Below, one piece after another: positions 13,885 to 27,795 of a DNA stretch of 64,000 nucleotides; within the stretch, counting starts at the first letter, position 1; each line of letters begins with the position of its first letter. Under the pieces are notes generated by a model that had not been told where the DNA came from, made no database searches, and saw nothing but the letters and a program-made list of their open reading frames with translations. Source of the stretch: Convolutriloba macropyga (taxonomy: Eukaryota); assembly GCF_964194025.1 (NCBI RefSeq), contig NC_134472.1:74648001-74712000 (forward strand), in the 5' to 3' direction. The position numbers and the translations under genes are program-made.

Positions 13885-15702
13885 TAAAAAACATAGTAGG
13901 ACAAGTCCTGACGTACAATTCAAAGAATTTTCATTGACTAAACAGAAAACTAGAACTAGAATGGACTATGAATGAATTAGAAAAACCATTTAGAGAAAAA
14001 TCCTATCCAAAAAATCGAAAAAAAAACAGAAAAAAATCAAAGCGAAATTGCCGCATGTGAACTAAAAACCACTAGCGAGAAAGCGAATTGTTGTTCAAAC
14101 GCCGTTTTCTCACTCTACTTTAAATTTAGAGCGAAAAATCTTCACGCCGCAAAACCACTCGCTTTTTCGCTTCACTTCCTGTTTCGGCGAGACCAAAATC
14201 ACTACTCCAATTTGACTTCAAAAATCATGAAAATGTGTTAACAGATCTTGAAAAAAACATAGCAAGACAAGCCCTGACGTACAATTCAAAGAATTTTCAT
14301 TGACTAAACAGAAAAAACTAGACCTAGAATGGACTATGAATTAATTGAGAAAATAATTTTTAAAAAAATGAGATAAAAAATAAGAAAACAGAAAATCAAT
14401 GTCAAAATGCAGCATGTGAACACAAAAAACCACTAGCGAGAAAGGAAAATTTAATTCAAACAAAAAACTAGGCCGACAATGGCTGTGAATGGATTGGGAA
14501 AACCATTTAGGAAAAAACCGATTCGAAAAATCGAAAAAACAGTAAAATCAGAGTGAAATTGCCGCATGTGAACAAAAAACCACTACCGAGAAACCGAATT
14601 TTTGTTCAAACACCGTTTTCTCACTCTAATTTAAAATTAGAGCGAAAAAAATTCACGCCGCAAAACCACTAGCTTTTTCGCTCCATTTCCTGTTTTGGCG
14701 TGACCAAAATCACTACTCCAATTTGATTTCAAAAGTCATGAAAATGTGTGAACAGATCTTAAAAAAACAGCGCCCCAATACAATTCAAAATCTTTGTAAA
14801 AAACATAGCAGGACAAGTCCTGACGAACAATTCAAAGAATTTTCATTAGCTAAACAGAAAAACTAGACATGGAATGGACTATGAGTGAATTGCAAAAACC
14901 ATTTTTTGAAAAAAAAACAGAAAATAAGAAAAAAAACAGAAAATCGATGTCGCATGTGAACGAAAAAATCACAAGCGAGAAATGAAAATTAAATTTAAAA
15001 ACTTGGCCTGGGATGAGCAGTGAATGGATTGAAAAACCATTTAGAAAAAAAAACTATCCAAAAAATCAAATAAACAGTAAACATCAGAGTGAAATTAGAA
15101 ACAGATACAGAAATGAGTTGAAAAAAAGTTATGGCGGCCACTTGAAACTAATTCAAAACTATAATTATATCATTGAGAGCATTTTTGCGTCAAAAAGTCT
15201 GAACAACGCAGAGGTTCCAACTCCAATCCCTGGCGTAAGAATACGAAGTATTAACCTATCGGCTACGTCACCTTGTTACACTTTATCTTACATTCGATTT
15301 TGTTCTCGCAAACGACAATTTATGAAAAACACTATCATTAAAGAAAATGTCGAGAAAAACCATTGAATGGATTGAAAAACCATTTAGAAAAAAAATCCAA
15401 AAAATCGAAAAAACAGTAAACATCAGAGTGAAATTAGAAACAGATACAGAAATGAGTTGAAAAAAAGTTATGGCGGCCACTTAAAAAACTAATTCAAAAC
15501 TATAATTATATCATTGAGAGCATTTTTGCGTCAAAGAGTCTGAACGACACAGAGGTTCCAACTCCAATCCCTGGCGTAAGAATAAGAAGTATTAACCTTT
15601 CGGCTACCAGTCACCTTGTTACACTTTATCATACATTTGATTTTGTTCTCGCAAACGACAATTTATGAAAAACACTATCATTAAAGAAAAATGTCGAGAA
15701 AA
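13885..15702. repeat. Tandem and dispersed repeat family plus a ~340-bp direct duplication (15024-15362/15364-15702); another copy at ~21460-22030
   Basis: ACATAGCAGGACAAGTCCTGACGTACAATTCAAAGAATTTTCATT near 13890, 14257, 14801, 21466. Confidence 0.85.
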
Positions 15703-16452
15703 AGTAATCATATTATTCCACTACAAAACCAATTATATTTTTCATTAATCATAATCAGTTCACGTAAAAACAAAAAGACCAGCAAGGACAGTTCAAACTT
15801 AAAAAAACAGTCAAACAGTCAACTAAAACAGTGTGCTAAATAATTAAAAATAATCAGTAGCTTTCAACTGAACCATGAATTAACTAATTTAAGCCTAATA
15901 GAAAGCCGTTGAGACCTGGGCAACAGGACAACTTGATTAATGGCAGAAACACTGATGAAATCAAAAGAATGTTCTCGAAGAACAGTCAACCAAAATTTTG
16001 CATAAAAAGACACGTTTATAAAAATTGCTTCAATCTTCGTTCAACCGCAATTAAACATACACTAATAATTTATGAAAACAGATTTTATGCTGCCCATTAA
16101 CGTCTGAAAAATGTGCTTAAAACTACTCGTTTTTTGCTCCTTTAAACACTCGATCGTGACCCAAAATCCCCACTCCAATTTGACTTCTCATTGACATAAA
16201 AAAGTCAAAAAAGTGTAAACATATCTTTTAAAAAGACAGCGCACCAATACAATTCAAATCCTTTGGAGCGTAAAAAGGAGAGCGCCTAAAATACCCTATG
16301 CGAGGCTGACGGCGGCTATCAACCAATAATCTAACAATCTTTTTGTACACTGCATTGTAAAGATCACGCGTCAATTCTCAGTATTCAGTCTTCATTATCG
16401 AAGAGTCGTTGTTGCCTCAAACAGACCGGTTAAAACGTTTAAACTTTCTCAC

Positions 16453-16480
16453 CTGTTCCAAATGTACACGTTCATATCGT
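16453..16480 (-). other. Candidate 28-nt exon; gene and frame unresolved
   Basis: Pyrimidine/UG-rich tract, then TTTCTATAG|ACGATATGAACGTGTACATTTGGAACAG|GTGAGA. Confidence 0.5.
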
Positions 16481-17108
16481 CTATAGAAAGCCGTCAAGAG
16501 CAACACAAAAGCAAATTGGACAAACAAATAAGTTAGTAGTGCTCGCTTAGTTACTCAGAAACAAACAGTCCCAGAGACACACTAAACAGTGCATGCAAAC
16601 CTCTTCCTTCAACACAAATGTCAAGTTTGTCAAAGTTAAATGTCACACTCTATTGATCAGTAATTACTTCTCATTTGAAATCTTTACATTATTCGGTAAA
16701 ATTTGTCTTAAAACACTGTCGTGTCGACAGGATAGTTTTAACTCTTTCTGAAAATTTTTGAGGGCTCTCTCGGGCACTCAGTTCAACAACTGAGCAAGAT
16801 TAGGCGCTATAGTAAATTTTCAATTCCCTCAAGTCTCTTATCTTTTTTTTTTGTTTCAGACGAGTTTGGCCATATGTGGGTTGCAACGTTACTTCACATA
16901 AACAACGAAGTTGATGCATTTTAGTAAACATGAAATTGAATCTCTACAATTCGCATCGTTTGTATTATTAGGTTGCATCTCAGTGGTTTGCTGACACGTA
17001 ATACCAACTCATAATTTTGACCCCCTCCCCCTCCCCCCTTCCCGCCGCTTCATATAATCAAGTTCTAATCTGCCGCTATCATTCTGTTATATCGCAGAAG
17101 CGACTCAC

Positions 17109-17334
17109 CTGTGTCTTGTTTTTCTGCTTGACATTGTGTTCCTCTTTGCAGGCCGAGTAGTACTTGTTCTGTCTGTCGTTCACCCTCTTCAGCTTGTCTG
17201 CCCAGAGATCCTGCGTGTTCTTGAATCCCTTCTCGATGTTTTTCAGAGTGTGACTCTTCTTGTAGTTGTCCAGCTGCCAGTCGGACACTGTCTTGCGAAC
17301 TGCTCTCAGGTTGTTCGCTATCTCCATATGGATT
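17109..17334 (-). CDS. PACSIN: PACSIN-like exon 3 (F-BAR continuation)
   Basis: TTGTTTTAG acceptor; (E)IHMEIANNL...WQLDNYKK...IEKGFKNTQDLWADKLKRV...YYSACKEE...KTQ; donor CAG|GTGAGT; phase 2->0, compatible with exon 2. Confidence 0.9.
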
Positions 17335-18699
17335 CTAAAACAAACCCCCCCTTAAATACAGATATTTTACTGCCATTTGAATTCTTCCGCAACACTTGTG
17401 GATTTGGTAATATGCCGAGATGCGATCATTCTACGCCTGAATATGCTATTATTCGATGAGTACGAAATGGGAGTACACATAGGGTTTATACACATACGGT
17501 CTAAATCCCCCGAACATCGAAAAGTGCGAATCAAAATATGATAACTATTTCAAACAAGGCGGCTCGTTAATGTGCGTTCGCACATGATGTTCCGACCCGA
17601 GCTCATCTACATTTTTGACTAAAATGTCAACCAAATCAAGAGATAACAAAAATAGATGTTTGAGTTTAAAACAATCGTTACACATTCTATCTACTAATTG
17701 AATTACTAATGCCATGCTTCATTACAGCACCAACGTGACCTGACATTGAAGAGACTAGAAAAAAAATAGCACCAACAAAATTTTGGCGGCAAAAAATGAA
17801 TATCTAAATTTAAAAGCACCTGGTAACAACGTCAAAATGCAGTCAGATAAAACCTTAACTACACAAGTTTACCTTTTACTAACTATACAGCAGATGAAAA
17901 GTTTTCTTAACGAGACTAGGTAACAAGCCGACAAAAAGAACGAACAGTGAGGCGAAACTTAAAAATTAATCAACATTTTTTGCACCAAGAAAATTCAAAA
18001 ATCTTAAAAAACATTGGTTTTTAATAAAAAAATCCTTGATAAATTACTAAAAAGTCATTACAAAACCAAAAGCACCCGTCTGTGGTCAGACTATGCCATA
18101 GAAACAAACTAAAGAGAAACTCAAAAAATTACAAACGATTTGCGAAAACACAAACCTTTGCTACCATTAAAATCAATACCTATCATCTGAATATGTATTT
18201 TTAATTCAGTTGTTATTTCTGCTATTTCAGTTGAAGGATTTATACTGAAAGATTAAATAAGTTTACTTGGGCCACATTTAAAAACCATTGGGATCTGTTA
18301 TTACGCGATTGTTCTGAAGGAAGAGAAAAAGAAACGCAAAAAATGGCCATTCAATAAACGTTCAGAAAAACGAAACAACAGTGGCACATAATATCAATAT
18401 ATATGTTATTTCTTGAAATACACGAAATTCGATGGGACATCTGATTGATGAATAGAAGTTAAATTTGACGAAAGGAACCTATTCGCTATATACTGAATGT
18501 TTCGAGCAACATCATTCATTCAGTCCTCAATTACAAGCCTATGAGATCTGTGAGCAATTTACGGCTACCTAAAGAACAAAAACAGCGAATTCAGGAAAAA
18601 AAATTGAGCGACAAAAGGGTCGAAGGCATTAAAAAATGAACTTTTCACTAAACACTCTTCAATTTTAAATTAATTTTTCAGGAGCAATGGGAAAACCTT

Positions 18700-20420
18700 T
18701 TTTATCAATATAATTTCAAAAAATCAACAAATATAAACAAATACATTAGACGCACGAAAATTGCGGGAAAACACGTATTATCAACGCCATTAAATTCATT
18801 AGCCTTCAACGGAAGCCAGTATATACAATAAATGATGCCTCGAGGGGACAATAAGTTTTTTTGCCAATCGTATTTCATCAATAAGACCTTACAACAAGTT
18901 AATGACTATGAAAACAACAACAGAGAGAGGCAAAAACCACAAATTCAGTAGAAAAGTGCCTGAAGAAAATGTCGAAGCAACTCAAATCATAAGCTCTTCC
19001 CTGAAAACATTATTTATGATCCGTTGAACTTCTTCCCTAAACCAATAGGGACTCTCAGCAGTAAGATGATGTGATAAGATTTCAAAAGGATCGAAAAACA
19101 AAATAAAGTACCCAAAAAAAATATGAATTCTCGTGGCATTGATGTTTTAAAACTAATAGGTAGAAGATAAAACCGCTAACCAGATTAATTTTGGCTATAG
19201 TAGAACGGAAATGGATTCTGTTAGAACCAACAATGACCAAGAGTATTCACGAAAAAAAATTAGGAATGGTTGAATTTCAAAAAAGTTTCGAAAAATTATT
19301 TTTAAACCCTTAACAGCCAGTAAACTCAATCTTTCATCGGAGCTCAATGACGATGCTCAGATATAACCCATAGGGAGGAAAATGATGTCTGTCATGCATA
19401 GATAGTTAAAAAGACATCACAATAAGTCTTATGACAGAAAACAATAACAAAAACAGCAAAAACTAAAATTCAGTAGAAAAATGCGAGAAGAAAGTGTCGA
19501 AGACAATTAAACCATTAGCTATTCTCTGAAAACTTTCTCTGTGATCCACTGAACGTCCTCTCTAAGCCAATTGGATTACAATAATCTTTGGATAATGTGA
19601 TAAAGAGTTCAAAAGTGACCAATAATTCAAAAAATCCAAAAAAAAAATTTAAAAAAATTGAAATCTTTGTCATTGAAGTCATATAACCAATAGCTAGAAG
19701 ATAAAACAGCTAAACAGAATATTTTTAGTCGCAGTAAAAAGCAAGTGGGTCCAGTCAATACTGAAACTCACTAACAGTTCAAGAAAAATTTAGGAATTGT
19801 TATTGTTCAAATAAAATTTTCGAAAAATGATTTTTATTTTAACAGACATTAAATTCAATAGCTTTCAACGGAAGTCAATAAAAACGCTCAAAGATGCCCC
19901 GGTGGCAGTACATTTATGTTTGTCATGCATAGGTATTCATTATGAGATCACAGTAAGTATAATGACTATTAAAACAACAAAAAAAAACAGGAGAAAACCA
20001 AAAAATCAGTAGAAAAGTGCAAGAAGAACGTGTCGAAGCCATTTAAGACATAAATTTTTGTTTAAAATTTTTATTGGTCATCCACAGAACATCGTTTTTA
20101 AGCTAATGGGAACTGTCAATATTTGGATAATGTGATAAGATTTCAAAAGTAACCAATAATACGTAAAAATCCAAAAAAAATTTTAAAAAATTGAAATTTT
20201 TTGTCATTGAAGTCATATAACCAATAGATAGAAGATAAAACCGCTAACCAGTTTAATTTTGGTTGCAGTAGGAAGGAAGAGGGTGCTCTCACCCCTGGAC
20301 TGACTTACAATTCACTATAATAAGATTATGATTCTTTAATATTCAAAAAAAAATTCGAAAAATTATTTTTTAAGTCTTAACAGCCATTAGCCGCCCCCTC
20401 AATGAAATAGACATGTTCAC
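18700..20420. repeat. Three diverged ~530-bp tandem units
   Basis: TCAGTAGAAAAGTGC near 18945, 19470, 20006; AGAAGATAAAACCGCTAACCAG near 19162, 19696, 20230. Confidence 0.8.
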
Positions 20421-22705
20421 TTAATGCTCATTATGGAACATATTGCACTGTTAGTCAATGAATCCCTACCATAGGACTCCAAAAAAATAGTAAAACTTCA
20501 AAAAGAAATTCAAAATTTCATTCAAAATTACGAAAACTCAGAATCGAAGCCAAAAAAAAACATGAGCAATTCCTTGAAAACGACGTTTTTTGTTCATTGC
20601 GCTTCATTCGACTATAAAGGAGTTTTGTCATTAATAGAACGTCGATATAAAATGTGACTTGTCTCTAGGTGACTTAAAAAAGCAAAAAAGAGAAAAGTTT
20701 TATTAAAAAAAGGGCTCTCAATTAGAGTTCGATTTTTTTTTGATAGTGAACTTCCCTATGAGACCAGAACTAGTCTTTCTATCGCCTTGCATTCAACTTT
20801 TACGAACTCAAAAATTATTCTTTTTATAGAAATTTGAATTAATGTTTTCGTAAAAAAGATCTTAGTTTGAAGAAAATTGTACTAAAAGTGAACAATCATG
20901 CTAAAGATCCCATTGTTCACACAAAACTTCAATCCTCGATAACTCCTCGAAAAAAACGAAATTCAAAAAAATCTTTTTACTTTTGAATTCTACGCTGGAC
21001 CAGCTTTTTAATGATACCACTCACATTTCTCTACGACGAATATATCGATCGGCCAAAATTCACTGAACAAAAAAAAAAAAACCCATTTGAGTATATAGTT
21101 CCTTCCCCCACAAGTGGGGTCGGAACAATTATCCTTAACTTCAAATCAAATTTCAGTCACTTATAAATTTTAAACACTTGAGTAATCTAGTCTGATAGTT
21201 ATCAAAGTTGAGTTCACTTTCCAAATATAAAATTTGATAAAATTGCACAAGTCATCTTCTTGAATGAGGTAGTTCATGTGCTATAAAATTCATACAGAGC
21301 TAAAATTTGACGTAAAAACCTATACAGAAAGCAGAAACGAATGACTTTACGCAACGATTGTAGTTATAGAGTGATAGAAGTTAGAGAAAAAGACTTTCAG
21401 CACTTTGACTTCTTGGCGCATGAACCAATGGTCGCAAGAAAAAAAGGAAGACAAATTAAAAAAAAACATAGCAGGACAAGTCCTGACGTACAATTCAAAG
21501 AATTTTCATTGACTAAACAAACAACTAGACCTAGAACGAACTATGAGTGAATTGGGAAAACCATTTCTAAAAAAAATCAGATCAAAATAAAAAAACAGAA
21601 AATCAATGTCAAAATGCCGCATGTGAACAAAACACCACTAGCGAGAAATCGAAATTTGGTTCAAACAAAAAACTAGGCCTAGAATAAACTATGAATGGAA
21701 TGGGAAAACCATTGAGAAAAAAATCCGATCCAAAAAAATCGAAAAAAACCAGTACATATCAACGTGAAATTGCCGCATGTGAACAAAAAACCAATAGCGA
21801 GAATGCGAATTGTTGTGCGAACACCGTTTTCTCACTATACTTTAAATTTAGAGCGAAAAAATTTCACGCCGCGAAGCCACTCGCTTTTTCGCTCCACTTC
21901 CTGTTTCGGCGTGACCAAAATCATTACTCCAATTTGACTTCAAAAATCATGAAAATGTGTGAACAGATCTTAAAAAAAAGACAGCGCCCCAATACAATTC
22001 AAATTCTTTGAATTGTAAAAAATTAGGAGCGCAATAATAGCCGCCTGAGATTGCTGACGTTGCTATTAATAAAAACAAGTACATTTCATTTATAGCCTTA
22101 TCACACAACAATTTTATTTGAAATCTTTCTTTCTAAAACCCGAAAAACAATTTCAAAAAAAAAAAACAAAAAATCTTCTAAAAGGCTATCGAAGTATTTA
22201 GTCCTATTTAAAGAACCTAAGGCTATAAAATTAACTCAATAATCAGTAACGCAAAACGCACAGCCATAAAGATGCGTATTACAACTACAAGCAAAAATCA
22301 AAAAAGCCTCCAATATCAATATCTTAAATGTATAGTTCTATAAAAAACAAAAAACAGGTCAAAAAGCGAGAAATGGAACGCATCAATTAGAAAAAGTACG
22401 TTATTCTTTACATTGATAACTTGAAAGTCCAATCAAAGCTGCAAAAAAAATAATTGGGAGAAAAAAATTAACAATGACTGCGAAATCGCCCATTTTAATC
22501 TTGAAGCTTATGATTGGGCTCCCAAAAACACTTTCATCAACTGCGGCTGGGATCAAAACTTATTTCTAAATGAAAATACAAATTACAAGTATCAAAATTA
22601 GCATATGGACAAAAAATAACCGACTTACGTCGATGAATTACTCTCGGACGTCAGGCGGGGGGTTTAATTTGGGGGTGTAGCTTAGAATTTTTTGGGTGCA
22701 AAACT

Positions 22706-22781
22706 TGAACCTGATAGGGGTTCGACCCTGCGACCTCCCTGATAGCAGTCAGACATCTTAACCACAACTGCGTTGTTACTC
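22706..22781 (-). repeat. tRNA-derived sequence (SINE head or tRNA pseudogene)
   Basis: A-box-like GCAGTTGTGGTTAAG, anticodon-arm-like TCTGA-CTGCTAT-CAGG, B-box-like GGGTCGAACCCC; no acceptor stem. Confidence 0.5.
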
Positions 22782-24000
22782 AACCGCTAACAATCACTTT
22801 TATATTACTCTTTATCACTATTTAACAAACTTCATTTCAGAACGAGAGCAATTGAAACCACTTAAAATGTGGAAGTGAATCTTGAAAAAATACACAATGT
22901 TCTAGAACAAAACGCAAAGAGGGCCAAGCAATTTTTCTTGTATAAAAAAGATACCAACACGTTTACAGTAATTGTTTCCAACTTCATTCGAGAGCAATTG
23001 AAAGCGGTTAGCCTTATGCCTATTCCTGTCGCAAAAAATATTAAAATTCATGAAGTCCTTAATTCAATGAAGCACATGGACAAAAATATTTGTCACTGAG
23101 CAAAAATCAGTTCACCCAACAAATATACTCACTTTTACTTTTAGATCAAAACTACACCAACTGAACACATAGTTCTTCCTCCTCTTTCGTAACACCAACA
23201 CCATTCTCACTTGAACACTTCTCACGCCATTAAAACGGTTGAACTCAACAAAAAAAAGAAAGAACAAAAAAGTTGTAAGGAACAAAATTAGCATGAAATT
23301 GAAGTTTGTTCCAGACTCTTGCCTATAATTTCGTGCTGTTCCGAATTGCATATAACTAGAATAAAACAAAATGTGACAGAGCATTTTGCTTTTAACAATG
23401 AATTAGCGTCATCTCACGAATCTCGGCGAAAAATTTCTATCGAAAATAACTAAGGTCGAGCGAGCGGTTATCAGCGTCAGTAGCTAGCTGCGGTTTAGGG
23501 AGGCTAACTTGGCTAAGAGTGTGGTGTAAGGAAGCGTGGTGAGCACGGGTAGGGCAGGCGCGTGAGGTCACAGGATACAATGAGGTGGAGTGGGAGATAG
23601 GGGTCAAATGGTGAGGGGTCGGGGAGTCAGGAACTCGAGGAGGATGTGCGTGCGGATGAAACAACTAAACGGCATTTATATGTAGATTTACTGTAAAAAA
23701 CTGCAAGTCTTTCGTTAAATCGGAAAACGGAACCTTCTGCAAAATACTTGTCAATAACATCTTTGAATTTGGGGTTTCACATGTTGTTCCAGTAGGTAGC
23801 TATCGAAGTCTATTTCCACCATGCGATTAACAATTTAAGAGCAGAGATAAAAACACGTTTCAAGAGAATCAAATCAAACTTTATATTAACAAAGCTTTAC
23901 CATTGATCAAACTTTCAAAACTTAAAAACATTCTGGTGCTGCAAGCGTGCGGGTTAGAATGAGGTAGAGTTGTGGTTGAGTTGTCGTGGTGCGGGTAAGT

Positions 24001-24112
24001 GGTACGGTGGGGGGGGGGGGGTGGTGGTGGGGGTCCGAAAATGTTTGTCTCTAAAACCGTTTCCGTGACGGTTTTAGAGACAAAAATTTTTTGACCCACC
24101 CCCCACCCCCCA
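24001..24112. repeat. Palindromic mini-element (G-run / long hairpin / C-run)
   Basis: TTTGTCTCTAAAACCGT-TTCCGTG-ACGGTTTTAGAGACAAA flanked by complementary G-rich and C-rich arms. Confidence 0.7.
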
Positions 24113-24695
24113 ATCGCATACTTAGAGAGTAGTATGCAGTAAGGCTCTCAGAAAACGTAATGCACTCCGGGCTTTACCCGTTTTATCCCGTTTCTAAGGA
24201 AAAACAAACGGTCAGACGAAAAAACTATTAGATGAAACATCTAAGGCAGCATCTAAGGCAAATAAAAGTTAAAATCGTCAGTTTTTTTGGTTTACGACCC
24301 AGAAAAAGTGCGCAAAACAGATTAAGCCACGGCCCTAAAAATACATTCAATGTTTAGCCTGAGAAAGAGGCGCAAATCAAATCACTTTTTAATATGCATC
24401 AAAATTTTTGAGCTGCAATGATCTAAATTAGTTTTTACAGTGTTCTGCAGCATTCAGAAAATGAACAGTCAGAACGTCAAAACTTAAATTTCTTTTCTTC
24501 CTTGGCAGAAACAACCTGAACTCCAGCAATCATACGAACAAATTTGTTTAAAATATCTTTCGGATTTAAAATCTCGAAGTGTTCGAAAACTTCCCGAGGA
24601 CACTTTTCATCAAGGAGGTTTTGAATTTCAAACTGACATGTGGTCCATCCAGAACTTTTTAAGTTAATTTTTGATATTAAGTGCATTGAACTAAC

Positions 24696-24904
24696 TCTCT
24701 GACAGCATCGGCTTCTTTTGTGAATGCGATCCATGCCTCTCTAAAATGTTCTTCCTCTGGGCCACTCTCAGCCGCCTTCTTCCAAGTCAGACTCCACTTA
24801 AAGAGCGAATCCGCATACGCTTTCTCGCACTGGGCCCGCTCCTCTAGCATCTTCTTTAGGGCTGTGAGTTGATTGTTACTGTTTTGAGATCTTTTCATTA
24901 CTTC
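24696..24904 (-). CDS. PACSIN: PACSIN-like exon 2 (FCH region)
   Basis: TTTTATTAG acceptor; EVMKRSQNSNNQLTALKKMLEERAQCEKAYADSLFKWSLTWKKAAESGPEEEHFREAWIAFTKEADAVR; donor GTTAGT; phase 0->2. Confidence 0.9.
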
Positions 24905-27795
24905 CTAATAAAATAAACATAGTTGGCAGATTGTCAGAAAATAGCCGCAATAGCTTCGTAGATCCGCATTTTAAAATAGTAAAAGAAACACCGAAATTTT
25001 TTTTTATCAAATGCTGAGATGTTATATTTTTTATTAAGGATTTGTTAATCCTAATGCTACCTCTATTCACTGCTCTCAAATAACCTTCAATTAAAGTGAC
25101 GAAAAGTCAATTTTAGAGCGAGAAAGTCATTTTTGAGAGTCAGAGTCAAGTGTGACCAAAAATTTAATCATGCAAATGAACAAAAAAAAATCGCTCCACT
25201 AAGAGCGAAAAATAATGTCACACACGCACTTCAGTTGAAATTGCATGAACGAAAAGCAGATTTGAAATGATTGTGACGTCATATGGTCGTAACAAAAATC
25301 TTGACGACAAAATAAAAAAACAGCCGGAAGAATTCCAGAAAAGACTCGAAGAGTCGTCTTCGTGAAATAATTATCTTTTAAATCAACTGGTTTCTAATAT
25401 AAAAATCAGTCGAAAGATGAAGATAGCCCATAAAACCAACTGAACTTAAAAATTACAATACTCCTATATATGAAACAAGCTAAATTTTAATACGCAATTC
25501 AAGGCATGAAAGTACGCGAGCAGAAAAAGTCAAGCCATGCTAATTTCCCAAAACATTAATTTAGAAGAAAAAATTGAATCTTGTAGAAATGCCAAAAAAA
25601 TTTTACGAAACTTATCAATTTCCTTCCGTAAGTTCTCTCAATTCACACACTATTTTAAACTCTAAAGACAGTAATCAATTTGTAACGAAATAAACTTTAC
25701 CGCTTTACCTATAAACATTACTTGTCGCTTTAAATCCCAATGAACGCGACAAAACCAAACAATGACCAAAAACTAATAGAATCTAATTTATTCATGAAAG
25801 ACTAAAGAGACAGAACAATATTCAAACGCAACAATTCGTATGTTATCAAAACGAAGCCCAAAGAATATTCACACAAAAGAGTATTGTTCAAAATTTGTAA
25901 AAATGAAGCTACGAAACCTCAGTGCCATATGTTCAATAAAATCAATCGCAAACAAAAAAACTTCGAAAAAAGACAAAAAATATTAATTCAAACTAAAATT
26001 TTCAATTTAATAAATGGGGGTAAACAAATACTTTGATGTCAGGACAAATAAACATGCTAGAATGTGGAGAATACATAAAAAGTGAAAAAGAAAAAAAAGA
26101 ATAAAACTAATTCGCTATTTCTGAAAAAAAAACTAAATTAAGAACTCTAAAAAAAGAAAATTGAAGTAAAAACATCGATTTATTGTTATTAAGCGATCGC
26201 GTTTTAAGAAAAAAACATAGCTATCTTCCTGTCTACGTAAGAAGTGAAAACCGCTAAATTGAGAAACAATCAAACAATTTGAAAAAATGTTCAAAATATG
26301 GTAAAAATTTTCACTTAATTTTTAAAAGTTATCACCAAAAACTATTCAGTTAGCAACAAAACGAAACCCAAAAACACCATGGGTGCACAAAAAATTTTCT
26401 TAGGGTAATTAAACTAAAAGTACAAACAGAAAACTCATAAAACTTCGGCCAAAATCGGATTATTGTGTACTATGTTTTAACACAAAAAAACCTCACATCA
26501 AAAAGAGGCATCCAATTCAGGAATTATCAAAAATACGTCGGCATATTTACCAATTTCGTTTAAAAGAGTCCGCTCAAAGAGCCAAAAAGAAGAAAATAAT
26601 GAGAAAAGCCAAATAATTGACAAAATTTAGAAATATGGGCCAATTTTGCACATTAAACGAATTACTAAGCTCTCAGAAACATTATGGCATATTTCAGATG
26701 GTTGCATATTCATACGGCATCGATCAAAATTTACTTCTATAAAAAACTTGACAAAATTTACTTCCATAAAAGTGGGACAAATTGACGAAAATACGGCTAA
26801 AAACTGTCATCTATATAAACATCTCTCAAAAACTGTTTTCAAAGTCAAAAAGTCATTCACTGAACGCAGCGCATGAACAAAAAACTTTTCTCGCTCAAAC
26901 ACGGCAATTTTACTCACTCTCACTATTAGGTCAAAACGCAGCCTAAAAAAACAGTACTTCCGGTTAAAAAAAACCTGAAGAAAACCAATACTCCTCTTCG
27001 AGTCGTAAAAAACCAAGAGAAGACCAATAATAGCATCAGCTATCGCTTCGCGGCTATTAATAAACATTGCACTCTCTCCCCTGACATTACTTGGTGGAAA
27101 AATTATGTTTGCAACTCCCATTTGTTTGCAATAATTTAGAGCAACAAGCTCAGAGTCAAGATGACAGATAAAATTGATAAACGTTGATTTTGTTCAAATA
27201 ATAGATCCAGTACTTTGCCTGTGAACAGCCGAGTAAGACTTTTTAAAATTCTCTCAATGCAGAAGAACGACCAGGTCAACTCAAATATCAATTTTTGATA
27301 GAGATATAACTGCTGATGGCATATAAAATAGTTGTTAATTATTTCCATAACTAGACTTTTGCGATGCTTTCAAGCTTTTTAGTTAAAACCATGATCTTTT
27401 ATAAATAAATAAAATTCGCAAACGAAAAAAGAGTGATAAAAGATGTCTCTGGATTTCAGAACACTGGTTTGATTTCACAATTGAATCAGGCGGTCAGTTC
27501 ACGCTTGTTTTACTTTTCTTTGAAGGGTGAAATTTCAAGAGATAAAATACCCAAATATTAGCTGCGCCTTCCTCCCTCAATATTAGACTGAAAGGTCTGC
27601 TGCATGTTTCAGAAACGCATCATTGAAAAATTTTCTTAAACATATAACACTAGCCGGTTAAAAATAGGTAAGAAATTTTAATCTGCCCCTGTCAAAATTT
27701 GACATTTATACCCCAGCGTGAACAGACAATAGGAATTGTGCGCCATGCCTTTCATAGCAATTCATAGCATAGGAATATCATCAGACGATGCTAAC

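Noticed and set aside
16601-16606. 6-nt microexon GAAGAG followed by GTTTGCATG (Rbfox-like motif)
   Set aside because: Weak AAG acceptor; too short to tell from chance without cDNA.
22706-22781. Functional tRNA gene
   Set aside because: The acceptor stem cannot form and the B box is degenerate.
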